A stretch of 64,000 bases of DNA from Bacteroidales bacterium (GCA_016285145.1 JAEEQE010000007.1:13684-77683); one strand, 5' to 3'. Positions 28,067 through 36,436 are shown, numbered from the stretch's first letter. Made by a program: numbers and translations. Notes: generated by a model not told the origin, from the sequence alone.

Positions 28067-28356
28067 GTTGGGTCGCCAAATCATGACGGATTGTAGAGCC
28101 GCCATATTATGACGAATCGTTGGGCCGCCAAATTATGACGTATTGTTGGGTCGCCATATTATGACGAATCGTTGGGCCGCCAAATTATGACGTATTGTTG
28201 GGCCGCCATATTATGACGTATCGTTGGGCCGCCAAATTATGACGTATTGTTGGGCCGCCAAATTATGGCGTATTGTTGGGCCGCCAAATCATGACGTATT
28301 GTTGGGCCGCCAAATCATGACGTATTGTAGAGCCGCCATATTATGACGGCTCTACG
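28067..28356 (+). repeat. Eleven head-to-tail copies of a 26-bp unit (GTTGGGCCGCCAAATTATGACGTATT); the last unit is completed into a REP-like hairpin
   Basis: Units start at 28067, 28093, 28119 and so on, ending at 28327. There are no spacers. Unit 11 reads gtagagccg-ccatattatga-cggctctac (9-bp perfect stem). Confidence 0.9.
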
Positions 28357-28434
28357 GAAACCGATTTTGCGAAAAATATTTTATTGTTAACAATAATTTA
28401 ATTATAAAAATCGTTGTAAATAAAAAACAAAATT

Positions 28435-28995
28435 ATGTCGGATGATAAATTTCAAAACAAATATCGAATTAAATCTGTGCGCGCAGCATGGCATGATTAT
28501 AATGGGGGCGGGTATTTTGTGACAATATGCACACGTAATCGTGAACACTATTTTGGCGAGATTTCGGGAGGTGTTATGCATTTAACACCAATAGGCAGAT
28601 TTGCAAATGATTGTTTGATGAAAATGGAAATATTACATAATGATGTGCAAATTCCGGTTTGGCAAATAATGCCGGATCACATTCATGCAATTGTTATAAT
28701 CGAAAATGTCGTAGAGCCGCCATATTATGACGGCTCTACGACAAAACAATTGAATGTTGGAAAATCCGTAACAATTAAAAATGCATATATGCAGAATGTT
28801 GCCAATAAATGCGGACGATTGTCCCATGTTATATCCAGAATGAAAACGGCAATATCCAAATATGCCCGTCAAAACGACCTGCCTTTCGGTTGGCAGTCAC
28901 GGTTTTATGACCGGATAATCCGCAACGGTAAAGAGATGAATAGAATAGCCACTTACATTGAACAGAATGTGGCAAAATGGGAGAGTGAAAGGTGA
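28435..28995 (+). CDS. REP-associated tyrosine transposase (RAYT; IS200/Y1 HUH family)
   Basis: HUH motif MPDHIHAIVII. C-terminal WQSRFYDRIIRN..YIEQNVAKW carries the catalytic Tyr. 186 aa. AT-rich. Confidence 0.8.
   Translation: MSDDKFQNKYRIKSVRAAWHDYNGGGYFVTICTRNREHYFGEISGGVMHLTPIGRFANDCLMKMEILHNDVQIPVWQIMPDHIHAIVIIENVVEPPYYDGSTTKQLNVGKSVTIKNAYMQNVANKCGRLSHVISRMKTAISKYARQNDLPFGWQSRFYDRIIRNGKEMNRIATYIEQNVAKWESER
28709..28741 (+). repeat. Copy of the REP hairpin inside the RAYT coding sequence
   Basis: 28711-28740 is identical over 30 nt to 28327-28356. With its flanks it forms an 11-bp stem (tcgtagagccg/cggctctacga). It is translated in frame as VVEPPYYDGSTT. Confidence 0.9.
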
Positions 28996-29053
28996 TACCT
29001 TGACAGGTTTACGGGTGTAGAACTTGGTCGTTAATAGAAGAATTCATCGGATT

Positions 29054-29800
29054 TTACCGCAGGTTGAATCCGAACACATCGCCGGGTTTCTTCGCGCCGG
29101 GTTCCTGGCCGTACCGCAGGATGATCATTTCCCGCGTGCCACGCAGCGTGATACGCTCGTTCTCCACCCACAGGGCCGTACCCTCGCGCAGACCGGCCAC
29201 CGTCATCTGCTGGTTGACAGCCAAGTACTCGTTCAGTCGCACCTGACGTGTTTCTCCACCGTGACGGATGGTGTCGTTGATGTCTTGCGGATACGGGTCG
29301 ATGTAGTGCGGGTTGATCTGGAACGGCACGAGGTCCAGGCACTTGAAGCTCTCGGGCATCACAATGGGCATGTCGTTGGTGGTGCACAGGGTGGGGCAGG
29401 CTACGTTGCTGCCGGCACTCCATCCGATGTAGGGCGTGCCCTCCATCACCTTGCGGCGGATGGGCTCAATCAGCTTGTTACGGTGCATCTCGGCCACTAA
29501 GTGGAACGTGTTGCCACCGCCCACCATGATGATGTCGGCCTTGTTGATGACATCTATGGGGTCGTCGCTGGCATGGACAGACAGGATTTTCTTCCCGAAA
29601 TTGTCGAACACCTTTTGCACACGGTCCGTATAAGCGTCATAGCTGGCGGGATACACCTTGCCGCCCACGTCCACGCCGGCGTAGGGCAGGAAGGCGATGT
29701 TTTTCGCGGTTCCCTCTAAAAATTCTGCGATGAGCGGTTGGCACCATCCTAAATAAGGCTCTTTGTAATTGGTTGAATTGCTGATTAATAAAAGTTTCAT
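29054..29800 (-). CDS. pepE: Dipeptidase E (peptidase S51)
   Basis: MKLLLISNSTNYKEPYLGW.., 248 aa, with the GGNTF motif. Confidence 0.75.
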   Translation of the reverse strand: MKLLLISNSTNYKEPYLGWCQPLIAEFLEGTAKNIAFLPYAGVDVGGKVYPASYDAYTDRVQKVFDNFGKKILSVHASDDPIDVINKADIIMVGGGNTFHLVAEMHRNKLIEPIRRKVMEGTPYIGWSAGSNVACPTLCTTNDMPIVMPESFKCLDLVPFQINPHYIDPYPQDINDTIRHGGETRQVRLNEYLAVNQQMTVAGLREGTALWVENERITLRGTREMIILRYGQEPGAKKPGDVFGFNLR

Positions 29801-29848
29801 AACGGATTATTTTTAATGATAATAATATTCGGATTAAAAATTTGGAGG

Positions 29849-30724
29849 TCAGTCTTCCAGCTGTCTCAGTTTGTCCACCACGTAGGCCCGGTCCTCCTGG
29901 TAGGTCACGCCGAACCATTCGGCGTTGCTGTGCAGCACTTTGATTTTCGCCTGGCCGGTGACCATCAGGTGCGAGATGACGTCAGGAATGGGGAACTCGG
30001 CGGTGATGTTCTGCTCGTTCTTGCGGAGGAAATCCTCAAAAAGGGCGTTCAGCCCGTCGAAGAAATCCGGCGTGAAGCCCCAGAAATTCATCGATACGGG
30101 CTCGCTGCCGTCATAGCGCGCCATCAGCCCCTCCTCGATGTTCTCGATGCCGTTGTCGGTGTAGCCCACCTTGTGGTTCTCCACGATGGAAACGAGGTGG
30201 TTGTCCTGGTCCGTCTGGCACACGCCCCTCGACACAGTCCCGTGCTTGGAAAGGGTCTTGTCCAAACGGTAGCCCACCATGGCGTAGGTGGCTGGCTTTG
30301 TGTCAGGCACGTGGGTGAGGAAATCGGCCATTACCTGGAAGGCGTCGCGCCCGTAGAAGTCGTCGGCGTTGATGACCGTGAAGGGTTCGCGGATAGCGTC
30401 TTTGGCCACTAGGATGGCGTGGGCCGTGCCGTAGGGTTTCTTGCGCTCTGGATTGACACGGAATCCCGCTGGCAGCATGTCCAACTCCTGGAAGACATAG
30501 CGCACGGGGATCTTGTCGGCATAGCGGGGCAGGATGAGCTTGGCGAAATCCTCCTCCATGCTGCGCCGGATGACGAAGACCACGCCGCCGTAGCCGCTCT
30601 CCACCGCATATCGGACCGAATAGTCCATGATGGTTTCACCATTGGGCCCCATCGGGTCCAGTTGCTTCAGCCCGCCGTAACGACTGCCCATACCAGCCGC
30701 CAAAATAAGTAATGTAGGTTTCAT
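29849..30724 (-). CDS. Sugar-phosphate nucleotidyltransferase-family protein (substrate unknown)
   Basis: N-terminal ILAAGMGSRYGGLKQL and KPYGTAHA motifs of the NTP-transferase fold. Confidence 0.6.
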   Translation of the reverse strand: MKPTLLILAAGMGSRYGGLKQLDPMGPNGETIMDYSVRYAVESGYGGVVFVIRRSMEEDFAKLILPRYADKIPVRYVFQELDMLPAGFRVNPERKKPYGTAHAILVAKDAIREPFTVINADDFYGRDAFQVMADFLTHVPDTKPATYAMVGYRLDKTLSKHGTVSRGVCQTDQDNHLVSIVENHKVGYTDNGIENIEEGLMARYDGSEPVSMNFWGFTPDFFDGLNALFEDFLRKNEQNITAEFPIPDVISHLMVTGQAKIKVLHSNAEWFGVTYQEDRAYVVDKLRQLED

Positions 30725-30799
30725 AAGTTTCTAAATTTAAAAATCTTAAATCTACTATTCACTGTTTACTGTCTACTGTCCACTGTTCACTGTCCCCTG

Positions 30800-32125
30800 T
30801 CACGGTGACATATTGAAATACTCCTCCAACATATTGTCTTCCAACTGCTCTAAGGATTTGTTTATGTAATGTTTGACCAGCGCCTTGTTGGGGCGGGTGT
30901 TGCAGAGACGTCGCATCGCCTCGTTCACCTCGCGGATGGTACCCACGCACTCGAAGGGCTTGGTCTTTGACATACCGTCCAACTCATCCAAAGTGGGGGC
31001 CAGTTCCGCGTTGTCGAGCAGGTCCTCCCCGAAGATGCGGACCATGGTACTGTCGTCGATGAACGGCGACAGGATGACGTAGGCGAAGAGGCACTTGGGA
31101 CAATGGCAGCACCATTTGTCCTCCTTGCTCCCCACATTGCAGCTTTTGAATACGGGAAAATATTGCGGGTGCTTTGCGAAACGTTCCGCAATCTGCAGTT
31201 CGGTGAGTTTGCGCAGATGGCTGTAGTAGTGGTTGCAGCCATTCATGAAATGGTCCACGTAGTCGCGGAAATCCATCTCGAATTCCAACGATTTGGAATA
31301 CTGATGGTTGATTTGGGTGCCGGGGATGGTGGGTTCGTTGGCGCTCGACTCGTTCGACAGGGCCACGTCGCGGATGCCGGTGACGGCGCTCAGCAGGGTG
31401 GTGTAGAAGGCTAACATGGCGGAGAAGGGCGTGTGCCCGTTGAGGAAGCCTTCCTTGTTGAGCTGGATCAGATGCGGGTCTATCTCGCGCTGCAGAATAA
31501 GCATATCTTTATTGTCGGGGAATCCCGCCACACGGGCACATTCGATGGTCGCTCCGCGCGGGTTGATTATGAACGGGACCACCTCGCGGCTGGTCCGCAG
31601 CTCCTCCAACGTGACGACGGAGTCCTTGCCGCCCCCAATCGGCACGATGACGCGGTTGTCTGGCTCCACGTGCGGATACGCGGACGAGGGAATCTCGGTG
31701 GCCTCCTCGGCAAACTCGAAGTCGAAGAAATCGGTTGGGGTGGTGTGCAGGTTGTTGGTGTAGCGGAACTCGCCCAAGCCCAGCCAGAAGAGCTTGCGCC
31801 ACCACTCCTGCTGGTCGGCGCTCAGCTGGTGCGGCAGGATGCGGACCACTGGACTGCAGGTGCATTTCCAATAGCTGATGAGCTCAATCATCCCGATGTG
31901 GAAGATGATGCCCTCCAACGTCTTAAGGTCGGCGGGATATCGTGCGTTCCGACCTGCCGAGAGCGTCATGGTGGGGTCGAAACGGATGGCGTCGCCAATC
32001 CGGTAGTGGAATTGGATGCGCAGGCCTTCACCCTCAAGCAAATAGTCGTACCCCTCGTAGGTGAATACGGGATGTTGTGCACGGAGTTCGTCAAAGGTCA
32101 TACGGTTTGGTTTTAGAAGCCGCAA
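30800..32125 (-). CDS. Uncharacterised protein with a PP-loop (ATP pyrophosphatase) motif and a C-terminal Cys cluster
   Basis: VPIGGGKDSVVTLEEL matches the SGGxDS PP-loop. Also LSNESSANE and WCCHCPKCLFAY. 441 aa. No family name recognised with confidence. Confidence 0.5.
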   Translation of the reverse strand: MRLLKPNRMTFDELRAQHPVFTYEGYDYLLEGEGLRIQFHYRIGDAIRFDPTMTLSAGRNARYPADLKTLEGIIFHIGMIELISYWKCTCSPVVRILPHQLSADQQEWWRKLFWLGLGEFRYTNNLHTTPTDFFDFEFAEEATEIPSSAYPHVEPDNRVIVPIGGGKDSVVTLEELRTSREVVPFIINPRGATIECARVAGFPDNKDMLILQREIDPHLIQLNKEGFLNGHTPFSAMLAFYTTLLSAVTGIRDVALSNESSANEPTIPGTQINHQYSKSLEFEMDFRDYVDHFMNGCNHYYSHLRKLTELQIAERFAKHPQYFPVFKSCNVGSKEDKWCCHCPKCLFAYVILSPFIDDSTMVRIFGEDLLDNAELAPTLDELDGMSKTKPFECVGTIREVNEAMRRLCNTRPNKALVKHYINKSLEQLEDNMLEEYFNMSP

Positions 32126-32215
32126 AGATAGGAATTTTTATTTGAATGACAGTTGCCTTACTGCTGAGCACTGCATCCTTTTTTTCCGTATTTTCGCCGC
32201 CGAATTCCGAATCGT

Positions 32216-32803
32216 ATGCGAATCGACCCCTTCTTTTTTCTCCAATCGGATGTCCTGACCGTTGCTCGCAATCTGTTGGGCAAGTCCGTGTTCACCTTCA
32301 AAAATGGGCAGCTGACGGGTGGGATTATAGTGGAAGTGGAAGCCTATAAGGGCGTTGCCGACAAAGCCTCGCACGCATTCGGTGGCCGGCGTACGCGGCG
32401 CAATGAGATGATGTACCATGCGGGCGGGGTGATTTATATGTATCTGTGCTACGGCATCCATTCCATGTTGAATATCGTCACCAATGTGGAAGGTGTTCCT
32501 GACGCGATTCTCATTCGCGGCATTGTGCCTACACATGGGGAGGAACTGATGCTCCGCCGGACCGGCAAAGCACAGATAACCAAAGATATCGGCATCGGCC
32601 CGGGCAAGGTAAGCAAACTGTTAGGCCTTACCGTGGCCGACAACGGGTTGTCCTTGTCGTCGGATGCTGTTTGGATAGAGGATAGGGGATTGGTGGTGCC
32701 GGATGGGCGGATACATGCCACCCCGCGCATCGGGGTGGACTACGCCGGAGAGGATGCCCTGCTGCCGTACCGTTTTTGTCTGGATTTGTCCGACTATAAA
32801 TAA
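32216..32803 (+). CDS. mpg: DNA-3-methyladenine glycosylase (Mpg/AAG family)
   Basis: ..GGIIVEVEAYKGVADKASHAFGGRRTRRNEMMYHAGGVIYMYLCYGIH.. is the family signature. Confidence 0.8.
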   Translation: MRIDPFFFLQSDVLTVARNLLGKSVFTFKNGQLTGGIIVEVEAYKGVADKASHAFGGRRTRRNEMMYHAGGVIYMYLCYGIHSMLNIVTNVEGVPDAILIRGIVPTHGEELMLRRTGKAQITKDIGIGPGKVSKLLGLTVADNGLSLSSDAVWIEDRGLVVPDGRIHATPRIGVDYAGEDALLPYRFCLDLSDYK

Positions 32804-32884
32804 ACGATTTGCGGTTTTCGATTTTCGATTTGCGATTTCCGGTTTCCGGTTCTATGTTCTCAGTTCTTCGTTCTTTATTCCTCA

Positions 32885-33100
32885 CCCCTAACGCCGTTAG
32901 GCGTTGCATATCTGTAGGAATTGGAGCCCACGCACACATAAATGCCCGACAGGGGCAAAAGCTTGGTAGAAATGCTGCCGCCGCACGCCCCGCGTCCCGA
33001 CAGGGACGAAAGCTCGGTAGAAATGTGCGTCCATACGTATCCTCGCGGCGCGGCAAACGTGTGCCACGAAGAAAAGGTGTGCACGCCGCGAAACGACGGC
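32885..33100 (+). repeat. Mosaic structured repeat, family B, copy 1
   Basis: aacgccgttaggcgttgcatatctgtaggaattgg..cccgacaggggcaaaagcttggtagaaatgctgccgcc..cccgacagggacgaaagctcggtagaaatgtgcgtccatacgtatcc.. is nearly identical to 35877-36055. It contains an internal ~48-nt tandem sub-unit. Confidence 0.8.
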
Positions 33101-33119
33101 ACGATAGATAGGGGCTGCA

Positions 33120-33245
33120 TCCGATGATCATGCGGTTCTGCTCGTTGACGAGCTTGTTCATCTCGAAATGTATCTGCTTGACGGTGGCCTCCACCTCCTC
33201 GCTGTTGATGTAGATGCTTACCCTGCGGGTGCTTGACTTTGCCAT
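33120..33245 (-). pseudogene. 5' gene fragment truncated by the family B repeat
   Basis: MAKSSTRRVSIYINSEEVEATVKQIHFEMNKLVNEQNRM reads like a genuine N-terminus. The ORF then runs into repeat sequence and becomes Arg/Pro/Ala-rich nonsense. Confidence 0.35.
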
Positions 33246-33454
33246 AACTGATGTTTGGGCAAAGACGCTTCAAACGTCCGTCACAGGTTGGGACGATTAG
33301 GGTAACCGCTGCTGTGGTCTTTGTCATCGGTTTTGTTACCTTGATGTCCGCGCGACAACGATTGCAGCGGTTATGAGCCCTTTAGGGCGAAATTCGAGCG
33401 GAAAGCGTGCCCAGTCGCCCAAAATAAAAAGAATTTGACTTTAAGCCATCATTA

Positions 33455-33488
33455 GTTTAACATACTCGAAATATCAGGTCATAAAAAC
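33455..33488 (+). repeat. 35-bp dyad repeat, copy R1 (variant)
   Basis: gtttaacatactcgaaatatcaggtcataaaaac: one deletion and two substitutions relative to R2-R4. Confidence 0.85.
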
Positions 33489-33491
33489 TGG

Positions 33492-34625
33492 TTAGGGGTA
33501 GATGATTTTCCGTTCGCTCTTTTTGAGTAGGAATCCGTTCTCGTAGTGTAGGCATTTCACCCAGTTTCCCTTATCATCATACTCATATTTCCAGGTCAAT
33601 GAGTACATAACAGTCATACCGTCGCCCGTGTAATAGCTTTTTTCAGACAGGGCCCCGTGGTCGTCATATTTGAAAGTGACTTTGCGGATTGTAGAGTTGA
33701 TGCTGCAACACCGGTTGGGATAGGGATTGTAGTATCCCAGATGTTCCCCTTCTACACAGATGAGTCTACCTTGGGCATCGTATTGGGATGTAAATTGGCG
33801 GCTGGCGGTGAAAGGATATGCTGTGCTGTCCCTCAGAAAGTCTGTCACTAGGGTTGAATGCAGAGAGTCGTCGTAATAGTATTGCTTGTGAAGGGTAGGG
33901 GAATCTTTTATATTGATTGTGAAAGGGACTATCTTTTCCGTCACTATCCGATTGTGGTCGTCGTATGTGTAGGTGGTGATATCCTCTAAACGATTCTGCT
34001 CGTAGTGGTACAGCGATTTAATCCGATGGAGAGAATCATAGCGGAGGGCCTCCATTTTTCCCCAAGAGTCATCTTTTCCCCTCTTTTGTTCCCGGAGGAT
34101 CGGCAACCCGTTCTGGAAGGTGAAGTGGTTGAGTATGGTTTGGCTGGATTTGAGTGTGGGCACCGCGCTGGAACGTCTGATGTGTCTCCTTCTCCTGTTT
34201 GAGGATTGTTGGTCGTGGTTGGATAGCAGCACGTCGGTTTTGATTCTCCTGTAGAAGGTGGTTTTGACAATCTCCTGGTCGATACTGCTGATTTTCCCGT
34301 CGGATGAATATGAAAATGTAGTTGTTGTTTTCGGGGTGGTTGTGTAAAAGATGTGTTTGCTGTATTTCTTGTCGCGTTCAATTAAAAAATACCCCGTATA
34401 ATCGTGGCTTGGGTTTGGGTGATAGTCTTGGGTCTCTATAATCTTTACGACGTTGCCGTGGATGTTGTTCTCTCTGAGTTCGTATGGGATAGTGTTGTAC
34501 GAAGAGGATGTCGGTTGGAGTCCTGTTGTCACATCATTGAAGACATATTGACTCTCCTGCGCCGAAAGAAGGGTTCCGGCCAGTGTAATAACCAAAATAA
34601 GAACAAAGGCCCTTTGTCGCATCAT
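33492..34625 (-). CDS. Secreted protein with YD/RHS-like repeat motifs (hypothetical)
   Basis: Signal peptide MMRQRAFVLILVITLAGTLLSAQ. Recurring YDxxGx motifs (YDDHNRIV, YDAQGRLI, YDDHGALS, YDDKGNWV). Confidence 0.5.
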   Translation of the reverse strand: MMRQRAFVLILVITLAGTLLSAQESQYVFNDVTTGLQPTSSSYNTIPYELRENNIHGNVVKIIETQDYHPNPSHDYTGYFLIERDKKYSKHIFYTTTPKTTTTFSYSSDGKISSIDQEIVKTTFYRRIKTDVLLSNHDQQSSNRRRRHIRRSSAVPTLKSSQTILNHFTFQNGLPILREQKRGKDDSWGKMEALRYDSLHRIKSLYHYEQNRLEDITTYTYDDHNRIVTEKIVPFTINIKDSPTLHKQYYYDDSLHSTLVTDFLRDSTAYPFTASRQFTSQYDAQGRLICVEGEHLGYYNPYPNRCCSINSTIRKVTFKYDDHGALSEKSYYTGDGMTVMYSLTWKYEYDDKGNWVKCLHYENGFLLKKSERKIIYP

Positions 34626-34632
34626 TTCTATA

Positions 34633-34667
34633 GTTTTAACGTACTCGAAATATTAGGTCATAAAAAC
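34633..34667 (+). repeat. 35-bp dyad repeat, copy R2
   Basis: gttttaacgtactcgaaatattaggtcataaaaac, identical to R3 and R4. Confidence 0.9.
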
Positions 34668-34799
34668 ATGTCCGCAATTCGGTAGTTGTCAAACACTTGC
34701 AATGCTTTTGAGCCGCCAACAAGCCCTGATAATGCAGCATTATTGCAGCATTTTATCATTTTTAATAGTTTCATATTGTTGTTTTTTAGAATTATTTTA

Positions 34800-34807
34800 T
34801 ATCTTTG
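34800..34807 (+). promoter_or_regulatory. -7 promoter box (TATCTTTG)
   Basis: 20 nt upstream of the ATG at 34827. Confidence 0.4.
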
Positions 34808-34826
34808 CGGAAAAATTCAAACAGTC

Positions 34827-34970
34827 ATGGCACCGAAGAAAGTTAAGAAGATCAGCCTGAAAACAAAGGGCAAAACAACCAAAGAAAAAACAGGCATCGC
34901 CGGACTTTACGGCTTGTTTGAGGGCAGAATACACTACAAGGACGATTCTATATTTAATTTGGGAAAATGA
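34827..34970 (+). CDS. Small putative antitoxin (47 aa), now orphaned
   Basis: MAPKKVKKISLKTKGKTTKEK..FEGRIHYKDDSIFNLGK. Its TGA overlaps the ATG (ATGA) of a PIN-type start, MRRYLLDTCILIW. Confidence 0.45.
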   Translation: MAPKKVKKISLKTKGKTTKEKTGIAGLYGLFEGRIHYKDDSIFNLGK

Positions 34971-35011
34971 GACGTTATTTGTTGGATACCTGTATTCTTA
35001 TCTGGTTTTAA
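34967..35011 (+). pseudogene. PIN-toxin gene truncated after 14 codons at repeat R3
   Basis: MRRYLLDTCILIWF*: a canonical PIN N-terminus (LLDT). The reading frame ends inside the 35-bp repeat, which begins at 35005. Confidence 0.6.
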
Positions 35012-35039
35012 CGTACTCGAAATATTAGGTCATAAAAAC
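35005..35039 (+). repeat. 35-bp dyad repeat, copy R3
   Basis: Identical to R2 and R4. Confidence 0.9.
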
Positions 35040-35145
35040 TTCTATGGTGTACCCACCAGCATCAGGAAGAAGGCCCTGGGGATGCTCCCTGCATCCCTGG
35101 CAAGGGTCGTGAATGAAATGTACAAACTCTCAAAAAAGTAAGGAT

Positions 35146-35436
35146 ATGACCAAACAAGAATTGATGAAACAATGCCGGTACTACAAAGGTGAGGACACCT
35201 GCCCATTTGATAGGTTCCCTGCATCCTGGTATTGGGATATGGAAAGGGTGTATGTCGAGCATGAAGGGATATTCTCAGGCGAATGTGCCACCTATGTGGC
35301 TCATAAATTCAAGGACTTCGATATGCCATACAACCTGCTGATGGTAATGTTCACATCATGGGCAAAAACGGCATACGACCTCGACAAAGAGATACCCCGT
35401 TTCTATGAGGTGATTGAGCAATACCTTTCCAAATAG
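35146..35436 (+). CDS. Hypothetical small protein
   Basis: MTKQELMKQCRYYKGEDTCPFDRF.. An upstream Met at 35113 is possible. Followed by an intrinsic terminator. Confidence 0.45.
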   Translation: MTKQELMKQCRYYKGEDTCPFDRFPASWYWDMERVYVEHEGIFSGECATYVAHKFKDFDMPYNLLMVMFTSWAKTAYDLDKEIPRFYEVIEQYLSK

Positions 35437-35456
35437 TCCTCCACATGGTGATACTG

Positions 35457-35486
35457 AAAGAGGGATGCAGACGCACCCCTCTTTTT
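35457..35486 (+). terminator. Intrinsic terminator
   Basis: agaggg(a)tgc..gca(c)ccctct stem followed by ttttt. Confidence 0.6.
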
Positions 35487-35521
35487 GTTTTAACGTACTC
35501 GAAATATTAGGTCATAAAAAC
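35487..35521 (+). repeat. 35-bp dyad repeat, copy R4
   Basis: Identical to R2 and R3. Confidence 0.9.
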
Positions 35522-35610
35522 CTGTAGAATGGTATGTTTTGTGAATCATATTATTACAACGATTTTTGTCTAAAAAAAATGTGCAACTTCGCATTTTTTG
35601 AACTTCTCAA

Positions 35611-35829
35611 TTAACGGCGCAAAAATAAAAAAAAGCCGTCACACACTGCAACGGCTTTCAAAAACTGATCAAACAACCGAAAATGCGATTTTGGTTTAGG
35701 GGGTGTCACGGGTTCGTCATCGAGGTTGGTGGACACTCCGATGAGGGAGTCCATCTCGCCCGTATAGACCTGTGCGGTGGGGGTGTCATAGACAAAGGAG
35801 ATGGTCGCGCCGTTGTTGTCGGTGACCCA
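35611..35829 (-). pseudogene. Possible 3' gene fragment lacking a start codon, abutting family B repeat copy 2
   Basis: The frame is open from 35829 (WVTDNNGATISFVYDTPTAQVYTGEMDSLIGVSTNLDDEPV..) with an upstream in-frame stop and no suitable ATG. Confidence 0.25.
35622..35657 (-). terminator. Intrinsic terminator
   Basis: Minus strand reads AGCCGT-tgcagtgtgtg-ACGGCT followed by a T run. Confidence 0.5.
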
Positions 35830-35876
35830 TCAGGGGATCCATATCTGTAGCCAGGAAACGCGTCAGTCCTGCCACA

Positions 35877-36210
35877 ACGCCGTTAGGCGTTGCATATCTG
35901 TAGGAATTGGGCCCCATCACACATAAATGCCCCGACAGGGGCAAAAGCTTGGTAGAAATGCTGCCGCCGCACGCCCCGCGTCCCGACAGGGACGAAAGCT
36001 CGGTAGAAATGTGCGTCCATACGTATCCTTGCGGCGCGGCATACGCGTGCCTGTGAAATGTCTCGAAGAGACATCCTCTCAATAACCCCGCATAAGCGAG
36101 CGTAGCGAGCGCAATGTGGGGATTGGGCGGCGTGCCACACATCATCGCGGCGTGGCAGGCACGTGCCACGAAGAACGGAATAGGACCGCCGCGAAACGAA
36201 AATGATATCC
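35877..36210 (+). repeat. Mosaic structured repeat, family B, copy 2 (longer, with an extra ~100-bp insert)
   Basis: Nearly identical to 32885-33070, plus the tail gtgccacgaagaa..gccgcgaaacga shared with 33058-33095 and, inverted, with 41800-41850. Confidence 0.8.
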
Positions 36211-36374
36211 GGTAACGTGGCAAACAGGGCCATTCGATAATGTGTTCCCTGTCTCGGACAGATGTCGTATATTTTGTATTTTTGTACCCGAAAAGCGTCT
36301 TTCCACACATTATAATTCATCTTAGCATATTTTAATGAAGAATAACGTAAAATATTATATCACATCAATCATTT

Positions 36375-36412
36375 AAACAAAAATAGCCGCCCAGTCTGTC
36401 CCGAGCGGCTAT
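36375..36412 (-). terminator. Intrinsic terminator of the glycogen operon
   Basis: ATAGCCGC/GCGGCTAT 8-bp stem followed by a T run on the minus strand, 25 nt after the GH57 stop. Confidence 0.65.
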
Positions 36413-36436
36413 GTTCTTATGAAAGTGTCGAAAACG

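Noticed and set aside
28067-28356. Possible CRISPR array (regular 26-bp repeats)
   Set aside because: The units are directly abutting with no spacers, 26 bp is short for a CRISPR repeat, there are no cas genes, and a RAYT gene follows. I interpret it as a REP-type tandem array.
33455-35521. CRISPR-like array: the 35-nt repeat starts GTTTT and ends AAAAC
   Set aside because: The intervals are 337-1144 bp, irregular, and contain complete genes with promoters and terminators. There are only four copies and no cas genes or leader.
33455-35521. Integron attC sites / CALIN
   Set aside because: R1 contains GTTTAAC (matching RYYYAAC), but the element is only 35 bp, whereas attC sites are roughly 55-140 bp with R''/L''-L'/R' architecture. 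Cassette orientation is mixed, and no intI or attI is present.
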